DNA of 64,000 nt, from positions 11,008 to 75,007 of the forward strand of contig JASDWX010000035.1 of the NCBI GenBank assembly GCA_041890515.1, written 5' to 3'. The position numbers and the translations under genes were made by a program. Numbering within the stretch: the first letter of the stretch is position 1; each line of letters opens with the position of its first letter. This document shows positions 1-12,071 of this stretch, in pieces. Source of the DNA: Alteromonadaceae bacterium (GTDB taxonomy: Bacteria; Pseudomonadota; Gammaproteobacteria; Enterobacterales; Alteromonadaceae). The notes below the pieces were generated by a model. The model searched no databases, was not told where the DNA came from, and was given only the letters and a program-made list of their open reading frames with translations.

Positions 1-1
1 A

Positions 2-742
2 ATGATACTGGTAACAGGGCCCACTGGCTCAGGAAAAACGGTCTCTCTTTACACCGGGTTAAATATTCTTAATACCGACGAACGTAACATATCGACTGCG
101 GAAGATCCGGTAGAAATAAACTTAGATGGTATTAATCAAGTACAAATAAATGTTCGTGCGGGGCTAACCTTCCCAAATGCTCTACGCTCTTTTCTTCGTC
201 AAGATCCCGATATTGTGATGGTTGGGGAAATTCGCGATCTGGAAACTGCTGAGATTGCCATAAAAGCGGCTCAAACAGGTCATTTGGTTTTATCTACTTT
301 GCATACAAATTCAGCGGCGGAAACTCTGACTCGATTACTGAATATGGGGGTTCCTTCCTATAACGTGGCAAGTTCGGTGAGTATTATTATTGCCCAACGT
401 CTAGCAAGACGCTTATGTGCCCACTGTAAAGTTGAAGATATAATTCCTGCCCCTGAACTTGAAAAGCAGGGTTTTACCGCTGAGCAGCTGCATGAAATTA
501 AGTTATTCAAACCTGTTGGCTGCGCACAATGTACCGGCGGTTATAAAGGTCGGGTCGGTATTTATGAGGTCATCAAAATCAGTGAAAAAATGTCTTCTAT
601 TATTATGGAAGGTGGAAACTCTATGGATATTGCTCAACAGTGTCAAAAAGAGGGGTACAATAACTTACGTCAATCAGGCTTACAAAAGGCACATCAAGGC
701 GTTACGAGTCTAGCCGAAATAAACCGAGTAACTTCTGCATAA
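2..742 (+). CDS. pilB: Type IV pilus assembly ATPase PilB, 3' part (truncated by window edge)
   Basis: Walker [29 protein letters not shown], tetracysteine CAHC/CAQC; followed by pilC-pilD-coaE. Confidence 0.95.
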   Translation: MILVTGPTGSGKTVSLYTGLNILNTDERNISTAEDPVEINLDGINQVQINVRAGLTFPNALRSFLRQDPDIVMVGEIRDLETAEIAIKAAQTGHLVLSTLHTNSAAETLTRLLNMGVPSYNVASSVSIIIAQRLARRLCAHCKVEDIIPAPELEKQGFTAEQLHEIKLFKPVGCAQCTGGYKGRVGIYEVIKISEKMSSIIMEGGNSMDIAQQCQKEGYNNLRQSGLQKAHQGVTSLAEINRVTSA

Positions 743-827
743 GATAACCCATTGCACTACTATTCTGTTATATATTGACTAATATTAGCATTAAGAAACA
801 ATTTGAATTTTATAGGTAAAGCATCAT

Positions 828-2078
828 ATGGCAATATCAGGAGCTAAACAACGCAAAATCCCCAAAGCTAAAGCTCTTGATATTTTTGTGTGGCATGGCG
901 TAAACCGCAAAGGGAAAAAAGTAAATGGAGAACTTCCCGCAACAAGTATGCTTGAAATAAAATCGCAGTTACGTAAACAAGGCATTACACCAGGAAAAGT
1001 AAGAAAGAAAGCAAAGTCGCTTTTTGGCAGTTCTAAAGATAAAAAAATATTACCTGCAGATGTTGCTATCATGACGAGACAAATTGCAACTATGCTGGGC
1101 GCTGGTGTTCCATTGGTTCAAACGATTGAAATGATTGGGAAAGGCCATAGTAATGGTAATATGCAAAGACTATTAGGCGACATCGGTAATAAATTACAAT
1201 CAGGTATCCCGTTATCTGATTGTTTACGTGAACACCCGAGATATTTTGACGACTTATATTGTGATTTAGTCAGTTCTGGCGAACAGTCTGGTGCGCTTGA
1301 AACTATTTATGATCGTATTGCCACCTACCAAGAAAAAGCAGAAGCGCTAAAATCAAAAATCAAAAAAGCGATGACCTATCCTATTTCTGTATTAGTAATA
1401 GCATTGATTGTGACCTCCATTTTATTAATTTTTGTTGTGCCTGTATTCCAAGATATATTTGCTGGTTTTGGTGCCGAACTACCTGCTTTCACTTTGCTAG
1501 TTATCGCTATATCTGAATTTATGCAAGCTTATTGGTATTTAGGGCTAGCCGGCATTTTCATTGCTAGTTTTTTATTCAAAAAAGCGCATCTCAATAGTCT
1601 GCGTTTCAGAGACAGTGTTGATAGAAAAATACTAAAAATCCCTGTTATTGGTATGTTACTCGAAAAAGCGGCTGTTGCACGTTATGCCAGAACCCTTTCC
1701 ACGACTTTTGCTGCTGGTGTACCGTTGCCTGATGCCCTAGAGTCAGCTGCAGGCGCCTCTGGCAATGCGGTATTTCGTATAGCTATTTTGGAAATTCGTG
1801 CGGAAGTCTCATCCGGTATGCAAATGAATTTAGCCATGCGTAATTGTAATATTTTTCCTGATATGGTGATACAAATGGTCGCCATTGGTGAAGAGTCAGG
1901 TGCTGTTGATGATATGCTGGCAAAGGTAGCCACTATATTTGAACAACAAGTCGATGATGCAGTTGATTCTTTAACCAGTCTGTTAGAGCCTATGATAATG
2001 GCTGTATTAGGTGTGGTGATTGGTGGGTTAATCATCGCTATGTATCTACCAATTTTCGAGATTGGAAAAATAGTTTAA
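828..2078 (+). CDS. pilC: Type IV pilus inner-membrane platform protein PilC (GspF family)
   Basis: Two GspF repeats (GEQSGALE, GEESGAVD), C-terminal YLPIF. Confidence 0.95.
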   Translation: MAISGAKQRKIPKAKALDIFVWHGVNRKGKKVNGELPATSMLEIKSQLRKQGITPGKVRKKAKSLFGSSKDKKILPADVAIMTRQIATMLGAGVPLVQTIEMIGKGHSNGNMQRLLGDIGNKLQSGIPLSDCLREHPRYFDDLYCDLVSSGEQSGALETIYDRIATYQEKAEALKSKIKKAMTYPISVLVIALIVTSILLIFVVPVFQDIFAGFGAELPAFTLLVIAISEFMQAYWYLGLAGIFIASFLFKKAHLNSLRFRDSVDRKILKIPVIGMLLEKAAVARYARTLSTTFAAGVPLPDALESAAGASGNAVFRIAILEIRAEVSSGMQMNLAMRNCNIFPDMVIQMVAIGEESGAVDDMLAKVATIFEQQVDDAVDSLTSLLEPMIMAVLGVVIGGLIIAMYLPIFEIGKIV

Positions 2079-2150
2079 TCGTTTGTACTCACGTTATTCT
2101 GAGTTTTTTGTATAACATAATTATTAAATATATTAATAAAAGGTTTTATT

Positions 2151-3032
2151 TTGTCTGACTTTATTTACTTATTAGAGAGTAACGCCCTATTTTTTTACGG
2201 TTTCGTTTTTGTTTTATCATTAATGATTGGCAGTTTCTTAAACGTTGTAATTTATCGTTTACCCAAAATGCTTGAACAAGGTTGGTATCAAGAGTGTCGA
2301 GAATTCCTTGCCGATGAACTCAAACATTCATCAAAAGAAGAAGAAACACCACTTACATTATCAAAACCTAATTCTACCTGTCCGCATTGTCAGCACAGTA
2401 TAAGATTTTATGAAAATATCCCTGTCGTAAGCTGGTTATTTTTAAAAGGTAAATGTAGCCAGTGTAAAAATAAAATTTCGGCTCGTTACCCTTTAGTTGA
2501 ACTATCTACCGCTTTATTAAGTTTAGTTATTGCACAGCACTTTGGCGTAACCATTATTACTTTTTATGCTCTGATTTTGACTTGGGGATTAGTCGCATTA
2601 ACCATGATCGACTTTGACCATATGTTATTACCCGACCAAATTGTACTCCCCCTGTTGTGGTTAGGATTAATCGTTAATTTGTCAAATGGATTAGTGCCTA
2701 TTGAAGATGCCGTTATTGGCGCTATTGCCGGTTACACCAGCTTATTTAGTGTTTTTTGGTTATTCAAATTGGCTACAGGTAAGGAAGGAATGGGCTTTGG
2801 TGATTTTAAATTGTTTGCCCTTTTTGGTGCTTGGATAGGTTGGCAACTATTACCCTTACTTATTTTAATGGCTTCAGTGGTAGGCGCAGTTATTGGCATC
2901 AGTTTAATGATTTTTAAAAACCACCAAAAAGGTCAAGCAATTCCGTTTGGTCCCTACCTCGCAATAGCTGGCTGGATAACGCTTTTATGGGGCGATTCAA
3001 TTTGGTCTTGGTATTTAGCTCAAGTAATATAA
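2151..3032 (+). CDS. pilD: Prepilin peptidase/N-methyltransferase PilD
   Basis: GSFLNVVIYRLP, CPHC/CSQC, GMGFGDFKL, PFGPYLA. Confidence 0.95.
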   Translation: MSDFIYLLESNALFFYGFVFVLSLMIGSFLNVVIYRLPKMLEQGWYQECREFLADELKHSSKEEETPLTLSKPNSTCPHCQHSIRFYENIPVVSWLFLKGKCSQCKNKISARYPLVELSTALLSLVIAQHFGVTIITFYALILTWGLVALTMIDFDHMLLPDQIVLPLLWLGLIVNLSNGLVPIEDAVIGAIAGYTSLFSVFWLFKLATGKEGMGFGDFKLFALFGAWIGWQLLPLLILMASVVGAVIGISLMIFKNHQKGQAIPFGPYLAIAGWITLLWGDSIWSWYLAQVI

Positions 3033-3033
3033 A

Positions 3034-3660
3034 GTGATAACGATGAATAAAACTAAGAAAGTTGTTATCGGTTTGACTGGCGGCATTGGTAGCGGTAAAA
3101 CGACTATCGCCAATTTTTTTGCAGATTTAGGTGTTGATATTATCGATGCTGATATTGCAGCAAGAAAAGTAGTAGAACCTAAAAGCAATGCACTTGTTCA
3201 AATATCCCAACATTTTGGCCTTCAATTTATTCAAGCTGACGGGTCACTTAACCGTGCATTATTACGCAGTCAAATATTTAGCAATGAAACTGATAAACTT
3301 TGGCTTAATAATTTATTACATCCGTTGATAAGACAAACAATGCTCGATGAAATTGAGCAAAGCCAATCACCCTATTGTTTGCTTGTTGCCCCACTGTTAA
3401 TAGAGAATAATTTGCAAAGTTTAGTTCAGCGTATTTTAGTCATTGATATTAGTGAGGATGAACAAATAAAACGTGCAGTGTTGCGAGATCCTAGTTCGCA
3501 AGAAGAGATAGTAAGAATTATCGCTAGCCAAATTCCTAGAAAAGAACGCTTAACGTTTGCTGATGATATTATCGATAATAGTAATAGTGATTTAAGCATG
3601 ATTAAAGATAACGTAATAAAGTTAGATCAAAAATATCAAAACTTGGCTACGAAATCGTAA
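3034..3660 (+). CDS. coaE: Dephospho-CoA kinase
   Basis: GLTGGIGSGKT, IIDAD, conserved pilD-coaE synteny. Confidence 0.95.
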   Translation: MITMNKTKKVVIGLTGGIGSGKTTIANFFADLGVDIIDADIAARKVVEPKSNALVQISQHFGLQFIQADGSLNRALLRSQIFSNETDKLWLNNLLHPLIRQTMLDEIEQSQSPYCLLVAPLLIENNLQSLVQRILVIDISEDEQIKRAVLRDPSSQEEIVRIIASQIPRKERLTFADDIIDNSNSDLSMIKDNVIKLDQKYQNLATKS

Positions 3661-3778
3661 TTTTGTACAATATTCAATGTTTCTGATAAAAAAATTCGCC
3701 ATTTAAGATGTGTATGGTTAATATATGAGATTAAGAACAAAGCTTTATTCATGAAAATAAGTTAAAGACAATAAGTTA

Positions 3779-4525
3779 ATGACCAAAATTTTATATGAAC
3801 ATCCGCTTAACGAACGGATCCGTAACTACCTGAAACTTGAGCATTTATTTGCTCAGGCACAAGATTGCTTGCAACGTAAAATATCGGTAAGTCATCAAGT
3901 CTTTTTTAATGCTCTATTTGCCATTATTGATACGTTAGAACGAAACGATGTTCGTGGTGATTTGATCAAAGATCTTGAAAAGTTAGAACAGAATTTAGTA
4001 ATTTGGTCTCAAGCTCCAGAAATTGACGACAGTATCTTAGCTGAAAACCTACAACAAACTGTTGAGCTAATTTGTCAATTAAAAAGTAATACTCCTCTTT
4101 GGGCCCAGCTAAAGAATGACAAGTTTCTAGCAACCTTAAAGCAACGCTTTGCTATACAAGGCGGCAGTTCAAGTTTCGACTTACCTCAATTACAGTTCTG
4201 GCTACATCAAGATAGCGAAACTTTAGCTAAAGATGTACAAGGCTGGTTATCCTTATTAGAACAAATAAAAAGTTCGTTAGATCTTGTGTTAAAATTTATT
4301 CGTCAACGGGTTAGTTTTAAACATATTGAGACTGAAAGTGGCTTTTATCAAGACAATGGTGAAGGGATTTTGCTGCTACGAATAAAGGTTGATCAACATT
4401 TGCCATATTATCCTACTGTGAGTGGTAATCGTTTTCGTTATTCAATTCGCTTTATGTCTCCTTGTGATAGTACAGGCCGAAAATATTCTAATAATGCGAC
4501 TTCATTTGAATTAGCGCGTTGTTAG
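3779..4525 (+). CDS. zapD: Cell division protein ZapD
   Basis: YEHPLNERIR start, FDLP, YPTVSG..RYSIRF; coaE-zapD-yacG synteny. Confidence 0.93.
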   Translation: MTKILYEHPLNERIRNYLKLEHLFAQAQDCLQRKISVSHQVFFNALFAIIDTLERNDVRGDLIKDLEKLEQNLVIWSQAPEIDDSILAENLQQTVELICQLKSNTPLWAQLKNDKFLATLKQRFAIQGGSSSFDLPQLQFWLHQDSETLAKDVQGWLSLLEQIKSSLDLVLKFIRQRVSFKHIETESGFYQDNGEGILLLRIKVDQHLPYYPTVSGNRFRYSIRFMSPCDSTGRKYSNNATSFELARC

Positions 4526-4586
4526 TATTCCTCTTATTTATTTCGTATAATCTCATCCACTAAAATTTTTAATACAAGTCCTATCT

Positions 4587-4823
4587 ATGTCCCTAAAAGT
4601 ATCTTGCCCAACATGCCAGAAAGAAGTTATTTGGCAGCCAGAAAGTCAGTTCCGTCCCTTTTGTTGTAAACGTTGTCAGTTAATTGATATCGGCGAATGG
4701 GCAGACGAAGGGCATAAAATCACTCAGCCATTACAAGGTGATATAACATTAACTGAAGAAATGCTTGATGCACTTGAAGGTGAGTTTTTACAAAACAATA
4801 AATTTTTTGTTGAACCTGAGTAA
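4587..4823 (+). CDS. yacG: DNA gyrase inhibitor YacG
   Basis: CPTC...[16 protein letters not shown] zinc finger. Confidence 0.93.
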   Translation: MSLKVSCPTCQKEVIWQPESQFRPFCCKRCQLIDIGEWADEGHKITQPLQGDITLTEEMLDALEGEFLQNNKFFVEPE

Positions 4824-4853
4824 TTATTTACTTTTGAAAATTGCTATTCGCTA

Positions 4854-5246
4854 CTAATTTATTGCTAACAATTTTTCAATAATTGCAGCATTGGCTTTAG
4901 GGAAATCGAGGTTTACTAATTCCTCTAATGAAAACCAGCCTGATTGTTGACCTTCTTGAGCTATAGGCTCTTGTTGAAAATTATCAACGACATAAACATC
5001 TAATAATACCTTTTTATCTCCGTAATCATGGCTAATTTCAATGAGTGGATAGCAAGATAGTGTATCGATGGCAATCTCTTCCTGAAGCTCTCTATGTAAA
5101 GCTTGAGCGACTGTTTCACCTTTTTCCACCTTACCACCAGGGAACTCCCATTTACCGCCTTGGTGGGCACTATCAAGGCGTTTTGTTAAAAAGTACTGTT
5201 GTTCTCTAACAATAACACCGACAGCTACATGAACGATTTTTTGCAT
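4854..5246 (-). CDS. mutT: 8-oxo-dGTP diphosphatase MutT
   Basis: Nudix box WEFPGGKVEKGETVAQALHRELQEE, FPKAN; downstream of secA. Confidence 0.92.
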   Translation of the reverse strand: MQKIVHVAVGVIVREQQYFLTKRLDSAHQGGKWEFPGGKVEKGETVAQALHRELQEEIAIDTLSCYPLIEISHDYGDKKVLLDVYVVDNFQQEPIAQEGQQSGWFSLEELVNLDFPKANAAIIEKLLAIN

Positions 5247-5324
5247 TTTTTATCCTACAGTTTTATATTAAGCGATAGATGATGATATTTTCAGATTAGG
5301 TTGCAACATCATCTTGCTTAACGA

Positions 5325-5353
5325 AAAAACGCCAGTTATTAACTGGCGTTTTT
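5325..5353. terminator. Intrinsic terminator after secA
   Basis: aaaaacgccagtta-t-taactggcgttttt perfect hairpin with A/T tails. Confidence 0.8.
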
Positions 5354-5374
5354 GTATTTAACAATAAGTAACTA

Positions 5375-8074
5375 TTAAGTTAATTTACCATGACATTGCT
5401 TATATTTTTTACCCGAACCACATGGACAAGGCTCATTACGACCTGCTCTTGGAACTTCTGGCTTCGTTTCCACAATACTTACAGATTCATGTGTATATTC
5501 TTTTGGTACGTCTTCAGCTTTACGATGTTGCTCTTCAACAGCTTCAACATCTGATTCTGCACGAATCTGAACTTTACTTAAAATGCTAATTACGTCGTAT
5601 TTCAAACTATCTAATAATTCACCGAATAACTCAAAAGATTCACGTTTAAATTCCTGTTTAGGATTTTTCTGTGCATAGCCTCGTAAATGTATGCCTTGAC
5701 GTAAATGATCCATCGCAGCTAAATGCTCTTTCCAATGTGAATCCAAGCTTTGTAACATAACAGCTTTTTCAAATTGACGAATTACATCCGCACCGACTTG
5801 CTCTTCTTTATCAGTATAGTTAGTTTCAACTTCTGCTAATAACTTTTCGCGTAATGTTTCTTCGTGTAACTTGGTGTCTTCTGCTAGCCACTTTGCGATG
5901 GGAAATTCTAACGCTAACTCACCTTTAAAACGTTCTTCTAAACCAGTGATATCCCACATTTCTTCCAAAGATTGCTGAGGAATATGCTGATTTATAATAC
6001 CTGTTACAACATCCGTACGAATGTTTTTGATGACTTCTTCAATATCAGCTTCATCCATTAGTCCGTTACGTTGTTCATATATAACTTGGCGTTGATCATT
6101 TGAAACGTCATCGAATTCGAGTAATTGCTTACGTATGTCAAAGTTACGACCTTCAACCTTACGCTGTGCGTTTTCAATACTACGTGTGACCCATGGATGT
6201 TCAATAGCTTCGCCGTGTTCCATGCCCAATTTACGCATCATATTAGAAATACGTTCTGAAGCGAAAATTCGCATCAAGCCATCTTCCATTGATAAATAAA
6301 AGCGTGTTGAACCAGCATCACCTTGGCGTCCTGAACGACCACGTAATTGATTATCAATACGACGAGATTCATGACGTTCGGTTGCTACAATATGTAAGCC
6401 ACCTAACTCTAAAACTTTATTGTGCTGTACTATCCATTCTTCTTTCGTTTTAGCAATATTTGCTACGCTTTGATCTTTTAATTTGGCAACAATTGCATCA
6501 AAGTTTCCGCCTAAAACGATATCAGTTCCACGACCTGCCATATTGGTAGCAATCGTTACTGCACCAACTTTACCGGCATCAGCAACAATCTCAGCTTCTT
6601 GCTGATGAAATTTAGCATTTAACACTTTATGCTTAATTTTTGCTTTCTTTAGGAAGTCAGATAAAAATTCTGATGTCTCTATACTGATTGTACCAACGAG
6701 AACAGGTTGTCCGCGCTCAACACAATCTTTTATGTCATCAAGAATGGCTTCAAATTTTTCGTCAGCGGTTAGATAGATCAAATCAGCCATGTCTTTACGG
6801 ATCATCGGTTGATTTGTAGGAATAACAACAGTTTCCAAACCATAAATATGGTTAAATTCAAAGGCTTCAGTGTCAGCTGTACCTGTCATACCAGAAAGTC
6901 TTTCGTAAATACGGAAGAAGTTTTGGAAAGTAATAGAGGCTAATGTTTGATTTTCATTTTGTATGTTTACCCCCTCTTTTGCTTCAACAGCTTGGTGTAA
7001 GCCTTCTGACCAACGACGGCCTTCCATTGTACGACCGGTATGTTCATCAACAATAACAATTTCATTATCTTTAACAATGTAATCTACATCTTTTTGGAAA
7101 AGCTTATGTGCACGCAATGCTGCCATAACATGATGTAACAACGTAATATTTGTCGCCGAAAATAAAGAATCTCCATCTTGAATAAGACCTTTCTCATTCA
7201 TGATTTCTTCTATTCGTATTTGGCCATGTTCTGTTAGATAAATTTGTTTAGATTTTTCATCAATGGTGTAATCACCTTCAACAAAATCTTTTGATTGGCC
7301 CGTATCTTGATCCTTATCTTCTTCGTTTTGAAGCAATAACGTCGGTACAACCACGTTAATTTGACGATAAAGTTCAGAGCTGTCTTCAGCTTGACCAGAA
7401 ATAATCAATGGTGTTCTAGCTTCATCAATTAATATTGAATCTACTTCATCTATAACAGCGAAGTTTAATGGCTTTTGAGTACGTTCTTCAGGCGAAAAAG
7501 CCATGTTGTCGCGTAAATAATCAAAACCAAATTCGTTATTAGTACCGTAAGTTACATCTGCATTATAAGCGGCTTGCTTTTCAGCAGAAGCTAAACCAGC
7601 AATGTTACAACCAACAGTCATACCTAAAAATTCGAATAAAGGACGACACCAATCTGCATCACGCGTGGCAAGATAATCATTTACCGTAATGACGTGAACG
7701 CCCTTACCGGTTAAACCATTCAAATATGATGGCAAAGTAGCCGTTAACGTTTTACCTTCACCGGTACGCATTTCTGCAATTTTACCGTCATTTAATACCA
7801 TACCACCAATCATTTGTACGTCGAAATGGCGCATATCAAATACACGTTTACTGGCTTCACGCACTACAGCAAAAGCTTCTGGTAATATACTGGTAAGTGA
7901 TTCTTCTTTTGATAAACGCTCTTTAAATTCTGCGGTTTTTGCTTTTAGTTCTTCGTCAGAAAGAGCTTCCATTACAGGCTCTAAGGCATTTATTTTCATT
8001 ACTTCTTTGTTCATTTGTTTGATTAATCGGTCATTACGACTACCAAACATTTTTGTCATTAACTTTACAAACAT
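5375..8074 (-). CDS. secA: Preprotein translocase ATPase SecA
   Basis: [29 protein letters not shown]-terminal [19 protein letters not shown]. Confidence 0.98.
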   Translation of the reverse strand: MFVKLMTKMFGSRNDRLIKQMNKEVMKINALEPVMEALSDEELKAKTAEFKERLSKEESLTSILPEAFAVVREASKRVFDMRHFDVQMIGGMVLNDGKIAEMRTGEGKTLTATLPSYLNGLTGKGVHVITVNDYLATRDADWCRPLFEFLGMTVGCNIAGLASAEKQAAYNADVTYGTNNEFGFDYLRDNMAFSPEERTQKPLNFAVIDEVDSILIDEARTPLIISGQAEDSSELYRQINVVVPTLLLQNEEDKDQDTGQSKDFVEGDYTIDEKSKQIYLTEHGQIRIEEIMNEKGLIQDGDSLFSATNITLLHHVMAALRAHKLFQKDVDYIVKDNEIVIVDEHTGRTMEGRRWSEGLHQAVEAKEGVNIQNENQTLASITFQNFFRIYERLSGMTGTADTEAFEFNHIYGLETVVIPTNQPMIRKDMADLIYLTADEKFEAILDDIKDCVERGQPVLVGTISIETSEFLSDFLKKAKIKHKVLNAKFHQQEAEIVADAGKVGAVTIATNMAGRGTDIVLGGNFDAIVAKLKDQSVANIAKTKEEWIVQHNKVLELGGLHIVATERHESRRIDNQLRGRSGRQGDAGSTRFYLSMEDGLMRIFASERISNMMRKLGMEHGEAIEHPWVTRSIENAQRKVEGRNFDIRKQLLEFDDVSNDQRQVIYEQRNGLMDEADIEEVIKNIRTDVVTGIINQHIPQQSLEEMWDITGLEERFKGELALEFPIAKWLAEDTKLHEETLREKLLAEVETNYTDKEEQVGADVIRQFEKAVMLQSLDSHWKEHLAAMDHLRQGIHLRGYAQKNPKQEFKRESFELFGELLDSLKYDVISILSKVQIRAESDVEAVEEQHRKAEDVPKEYTHESVSIVETKPEVPRAGRNEPCPCGSGKKYKQCHGKLT

Positions 8075-8152
8075 CTTGTTAAACCATATTGCTATTAGAA
8101 GATAATCTTCCGCTGAAAATACCGTGACCAGTAATGATCACATAAATTGTTT

Positions 8153-9049
8153 TTATTTTGCTTTTCTATACACGAACTTAATTGGGTCTATCTGTGCATT
8201 ATTACGTAAAATCTCGTAGTGAACATGAGGTCCGGTCGAGCGACCTGTGCTTCCCATACGTGCAATAACTTGTCCTTTACTAACGACTTCTCCTACTTTT
8301 ACTAATATTTTTTTATTGTGACCATAACGCGTTTTTAACCCCTTACCGTGATTAATCTCGATAAGTTGTCCATATCCGTAACGGTCACTTGCCCAACTAA
8401 CAACTCCTGAAGCTGTCGCTATTATTGCGGCATCTTCTTTACCAGCGAAGTCTAAGCCTTTATGTACTGCTGGTTTCCCACTAAATGGGTCTTTGCGTAC
8501 ACCGTAGTATGAAGAAAGCCAACCCTTTGCAATTGGTCGACCAGATAAATAACTCGTATTCTCTATATGGTGACCCAAAGTCACAGATTCAAGCGTAGTG
8601 AGTTGATTTTCTTCATGTCGCAAACTTTCTTCTAATATAGATATTTCAATTAACATTTCTGCTAATGATTTTTTTTGACTGGTTTGGCTTTGTAACATTG
8701 GACCACCAGCTGGAGGCGACTGTTGAAAATTAAACTCATTTTCCGGTATTGATGCTTCACTTGCTAATCGGTCACCTAAAGCATTTAAACGTAACACTTG
8801 GCTTTGAAGCTCAGCGAGCTTCATCGTTAATGCAGTTAATTGCGGTTCACTTAATGGATTTTCATCTATTGTGACGAGTGAATTTAGTGCGAAAGGTAAA
8901 ACTTTTGGAACTTCATCTGCAGAAAAAATCAAATGGATAACAAAGCCTGAAATTAGCGCGAAAACCGTTATCGCAGATAACCAATGCAACTTATTTAGTG
9001 TCATTGAAAATCTAACGTTCTTTCCACGATATAGTAGTGTTAAACTCAT
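8153..9049 (-). CDS. M23 family metallopeptidase
   Basis: HKGLDF, YGH, GRSTGPHVHYE; N-terminal TM and coiled coil. Confidence 0.9.
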   Translation of the reverse strand: MSLTLLYRGKNVRFSMTLNKLHWLSAITVFALISGFVIHLIFSADEVPKVLPFALNSLVTIDENPLSEPQLTALTMKLAELQSQVLRLNALGDRLASEASIPENEFNFQQSPPAGGPMLQSQTSQKKSLAEMLIEISILEESLRHEENQLTTLESVTLGHHIENTSYLSGRPIAKGWLSSYYGVRKDPFSGKPAVHKGLDFAGKEDAAIIATASGVVSWASDRYGYGQLIEINHGKGLKTRYGHNKKILVKVGEVVSKGQVIARMGSTGRSTGPHVHYEILRNNAQIDPIKFVYRKAK

Positions 9050-9084
9050 AATTACTTAAATACTATTCCAAAGTAGAGTGGTTA

Positions 9085-9555
9085 ATGGCACGGAAAACAA
9101 GAAAGCCTTCAGATATGTCAGAGCTCTTTCAATCATCGAAAGGCACTTTGGCACAAATAGCGGCAAAAACCAACTCTTTAACTATTTTGTCTGACATTGT
9201 ACGTCAAACATGCCCTGACCTACCAGCAGATGTCTGGCATATTGCCAATTTTAAGCAAAAATCTTTAGTCATTGAAGTGACTTCTGCTGTTTGGAGTCAA
9301 CGTTTACAGTTTGAACGCATGAATATTTGTCGAGAACTATCCATCGCTACTGACAATGCTTTTGATCAAATTGAAATCAAAGTATCCCCTTATCGAAATA
9401 AGGTTATTTATCAAACAAAAGAAAAAGCGCCTGAGCCCCTGAAAATATCACAAAACACCGCTAATCAATTATTGGCTGTTGCTAAAAACGCACCCGAGAG
9501 TTTAAGGAGAAAATTAGAAAAGCTAGCTAAACATGCGCAAAAAAATCAAAGCTAG
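9085..9555 (+). CDS. dciA: DUF721 / DciA family protein (replicative helicase loader)
   Basis: LVIEVTSAVWSQRLQF motif, C-terminal LRRKLEKLA, position divergent from M23 and convergent with lpxC. Confidence 0.75.
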   Translation: MARKTRKPSDMSELFQSSKGTLAQIAAKTNSLTILSDIVRQTCPDLPADVWHIANFKQKSLVIEVTSAVWSQRLQFERMNICRELSIATDNAFDQIEIKVSPYRNKVIYQTKEKAPEPLKISQNTANQLLAVAKNAPESLRRKLEKLAKHAQKNQS

Positions 9556-9596
9556 TTATCCAATAAACTCTATAAGATTATGTCGTATCGCTTAAA

Positions 9597-9628
9597 ATAA
9601 AAAACCAGTCAGATGACTGGTTTTTTAT
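9597..9628. terminator. Bidirectional intrinsic terminator between dciA and lpxC
   Basis: ataaaaaaccagtca-ga-tgactggttttttat. Confidence 0.85.
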
Positions 9629-9653
9629 ATCTTATTCTTCAGAAATAATTTAA

Positions 9654-10571
9654 CTAAAAAGCCGCTGTAGCTACTTCTTGGTATTGAATTGGAGATGGTG
9701 TTTCGTCTTCGTAAGTCACCCATTCCCAACTTTCTTTCTGTTTAAACACTTCTCTTAAAAGAATGTTATTTAATCCATGTCCTGATTTAAAGGCATTTAG
9801 CTCACCTAAAATACTATGACCACACATAAATAAATCGCCAATCGCATCTAATATTTTGTGTTTAACAAATTCATCGTCGTATCGAAGCTCGTCTTTATTA
9901 AGCATACGATATTCATCAAGCACGATGGCGTTTTCTAAACTGCCACCTAAAGCTAAATCGTGCGAGCGGAGAAACTCGATATCACTCATAAAGCCAAAAG
10001 TTCGTGCTCGACTAATTTCTTTGATAAATGAGCAGCTTGATAAATCCATACTCATTGTTTGACACGTGTTAGATATAACAGGGTGATCAAATTCAATCGC
10101 AAAATTTATTTTAAAACCATGGTGAGGTTTTAATTCTGCCCATTTGTCACCTTCTTCAACACGAATCGTTTTTGTAATTCGAATAAAGCGTTTCGCTGCT
10201 GCTAATGTTTTGATGCCGACCGATTGAATCAGATATACAAATGGTAATGCACTTCCATCCATAATAGGGATCTCAGGAGAATCAATTTCAACGATTAAAT
10301 TGTCAATTCCTAAACCTGCGGCAGCTGATAACAAGTGCTCGACGGTGGAAATCTTCACACCTTGTTCATTAACTAAACACGTACATAAAGTTGTTTCGCC
10401 CACAGCTTCAGGTGTTGCTGGAATCTCAACAACTGGATCTAGGTCAATACGGCGAAATACAATACCGGTATTTGCTGGTGCAGGACGGAGAGTCAATTGC
10501 ACCTTTTCACCTTTATGTAAACCAACCCCAAGGGCCGTTACACTTTCTTTTAATGTACGTTGTTTAATCAT
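9654..10571 (-). CDS. lpxC: UDP-3-O-acyl-GlcNAc deacetylase
   Basis: [30 protein letters not shown]. Confidence 0.98.
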   Translation of the reverse strand: MIKQRTLKESVTALGVGLHKGEKVQLTLRPAPANTGIVFRRIDLDPVVEIPATPEAVGETTLCTCLVNEQGVKISTVEHLLSAAAGLGIDNLIVEIDSPEIPIMDGSALPFVYLIQSVGIKTLAAAKRFIRITKTIRVEEGDKWAELKPHHGFKINFAIEFDHPVISNTCQTMSMDLSSCSFIKEISRARTFGFMSDIEFLRSHDLALGGSLENAIVLDEYRMLNKDELRYDDEFVKHKILDAIGDLFMCGHSILGELNAFKSGHGLNNILLREVFKQKESWEWVTYEDETPSPIQYQEVATAAF

Positions 10572-10787
10572 AAATGCCTTATTAAGCTTTTATTTCACTT
10601 TCAAATGCGCCATCGATTTTCGACGGGGGCATAATATAGCAAAAAACTTAACAATATCAAAATATCAGCTTTTAGCTACGCTTTATTCTAAACAGCACTG
10701 TTCAACCAGTACTATTCTCATGACGAATTAGTATGAATTACAATAGACCCTAACGTTCAATATTATCATTCAACTATTTACGGTTTA

Positions 10788-11945
10788 TTAATCAGCCTGC
10801 TTGCGTAAAAATGCAGGAATGTCTAAATAGTTTTCTATATCCGCTGCAGTTTGTACTTGTGCATTACTGTCTTGCATTGTTATAGGTGCTGAATTTATTT
10901 CTGCTTGTGGGCTAGCAATAAACTCTTGTCCTACAGCAATAGGCGCAATAGTTGGTACTGGGTTTACTAAGGTGATATCAGGCTTTCGCTCAGCACCAAT
11001 ACCCGTTGCAACAACTGTTACTCGTAATTCATTGCTCATTTCTGGGTCAATTACCGCACCAACTACTACTGTTGCATTTTCTGATGCAAAAGCTTTCACT
11101 GCGTTACCAACCGTTTCAAATTCATCAATACTAATATCCATACCGGCTGTAATGTTAACTAAAATACCACGAGCGCCAGCTAAATCTACATCTTCTAGTA
11201 ATGGACTAGAAATTGCAGCTTCTGCAGCTTCTTCAGCTCGGTCAGGACCCGAAGCTATACCAGAACCCATCATAGCCGTACCCATTTCTGACATTACTGT
11301 ACGTACATCTGCAAAATCGACGTTGATTAAACCAGGACGTGTAATTAGCTCAGCAATACCTTGAACAGCACCTAACAATACATTATTGGCTGCTTTAAAT
11401 GCGTCAAGTAATGATGTTCCTGGGCCTAATACTTTTAACAATTTTTCATTTGGAATTGTAATCAAAGAATCTACACTCTTAGATAAAAACTCGATTCCTT
11501 GGTCCGCGTAATTCATACGCTTCTTACCTTCAAATGGGAACGGTTTAGTCACTACAGCTACCGTTAATATACCCATTTCTTTTGGTATTTCTGCTACAAC
11601 TGGTGCTGCTCCAGTTCCTGTACCCCCACCCATACCAGCGGCAATAAAGATCATATCTGCACCTTGTAAGGTATCTCTGATCGTTTCACGATCTTCTTCA
11701 GCACTTCTGCGGCCAATTTCAGGGTTTGCACCAGCACCTAGACCTTTAGTTACGTCAGCGCCTAATTGCAATGTTACATTAGCTGCTGAATTACGTAATG
11801 CTTGTGAATCAGTATTTGCTGTAATGAACTCTACACCTTCAATGGTTTGGCAAACCATGTGCTCAACTGCGTTTCCGCCGCCTCCGCCAACACCGATGAC
11901 TTTAATTATTGCTTCTTCGTTATGATCTTCCATTAATTCAAACAT
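10788..11945 (-). CDS. ftsZ: Cell division GTPase FtsZ
   Basis: [25 protein letters not shown]-terminal [12 protein letters not shown]. Confidence 0.99.
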   Translation of the reverse strand: MFELMEDHNEEAIIKVIGVGGGGGNAVEHMVCQTIEGVEFITANTDSQALRNSAANVTLQLGADVTKGLGAGANPEIGRRSAEEDRETIRDTLQGADMIFIAAGMGGGTGTGAAPVVAEIPKEMGILTVAVVTKPFPFEGKKRMNYADQGIEFLSKSVDSLITIPNEKLLKVLGPGTSLLDAFKAANNVLLGAVQGIAELITRPGLINVDFADVRTVMSEMGTAMMGSGIASGPDRAEEAAEAAISSPLLEDVDLAGARGILVNITAGMDISIDEFETVGNAVKAFASENATVVVGAVIDPEMSNELRVTVVATGIGAERKPDITLVNPVPTIAPIAVGQEFIASPQAEINSAPITMQDSNAQVQTAADIENYLDIPAFLRKQAD

Positions 11946-12071
11946 TTTATTCTCTCCGATTTTTTATTATGTTTTGTTCCACCAAAACGCGATTTATCTT
12001 TTCTTTTCTCACCTGCTGCAGCAGGTTATAAATACTTCTTTAATATATTTTAACGATCCATAAGTGAGCAG

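Noticed and set aside
8075-8152. Missing secM upstream of secA
   Set aside because: An M23 peptidase before secA is the usual arrangement outside Enterobacterales
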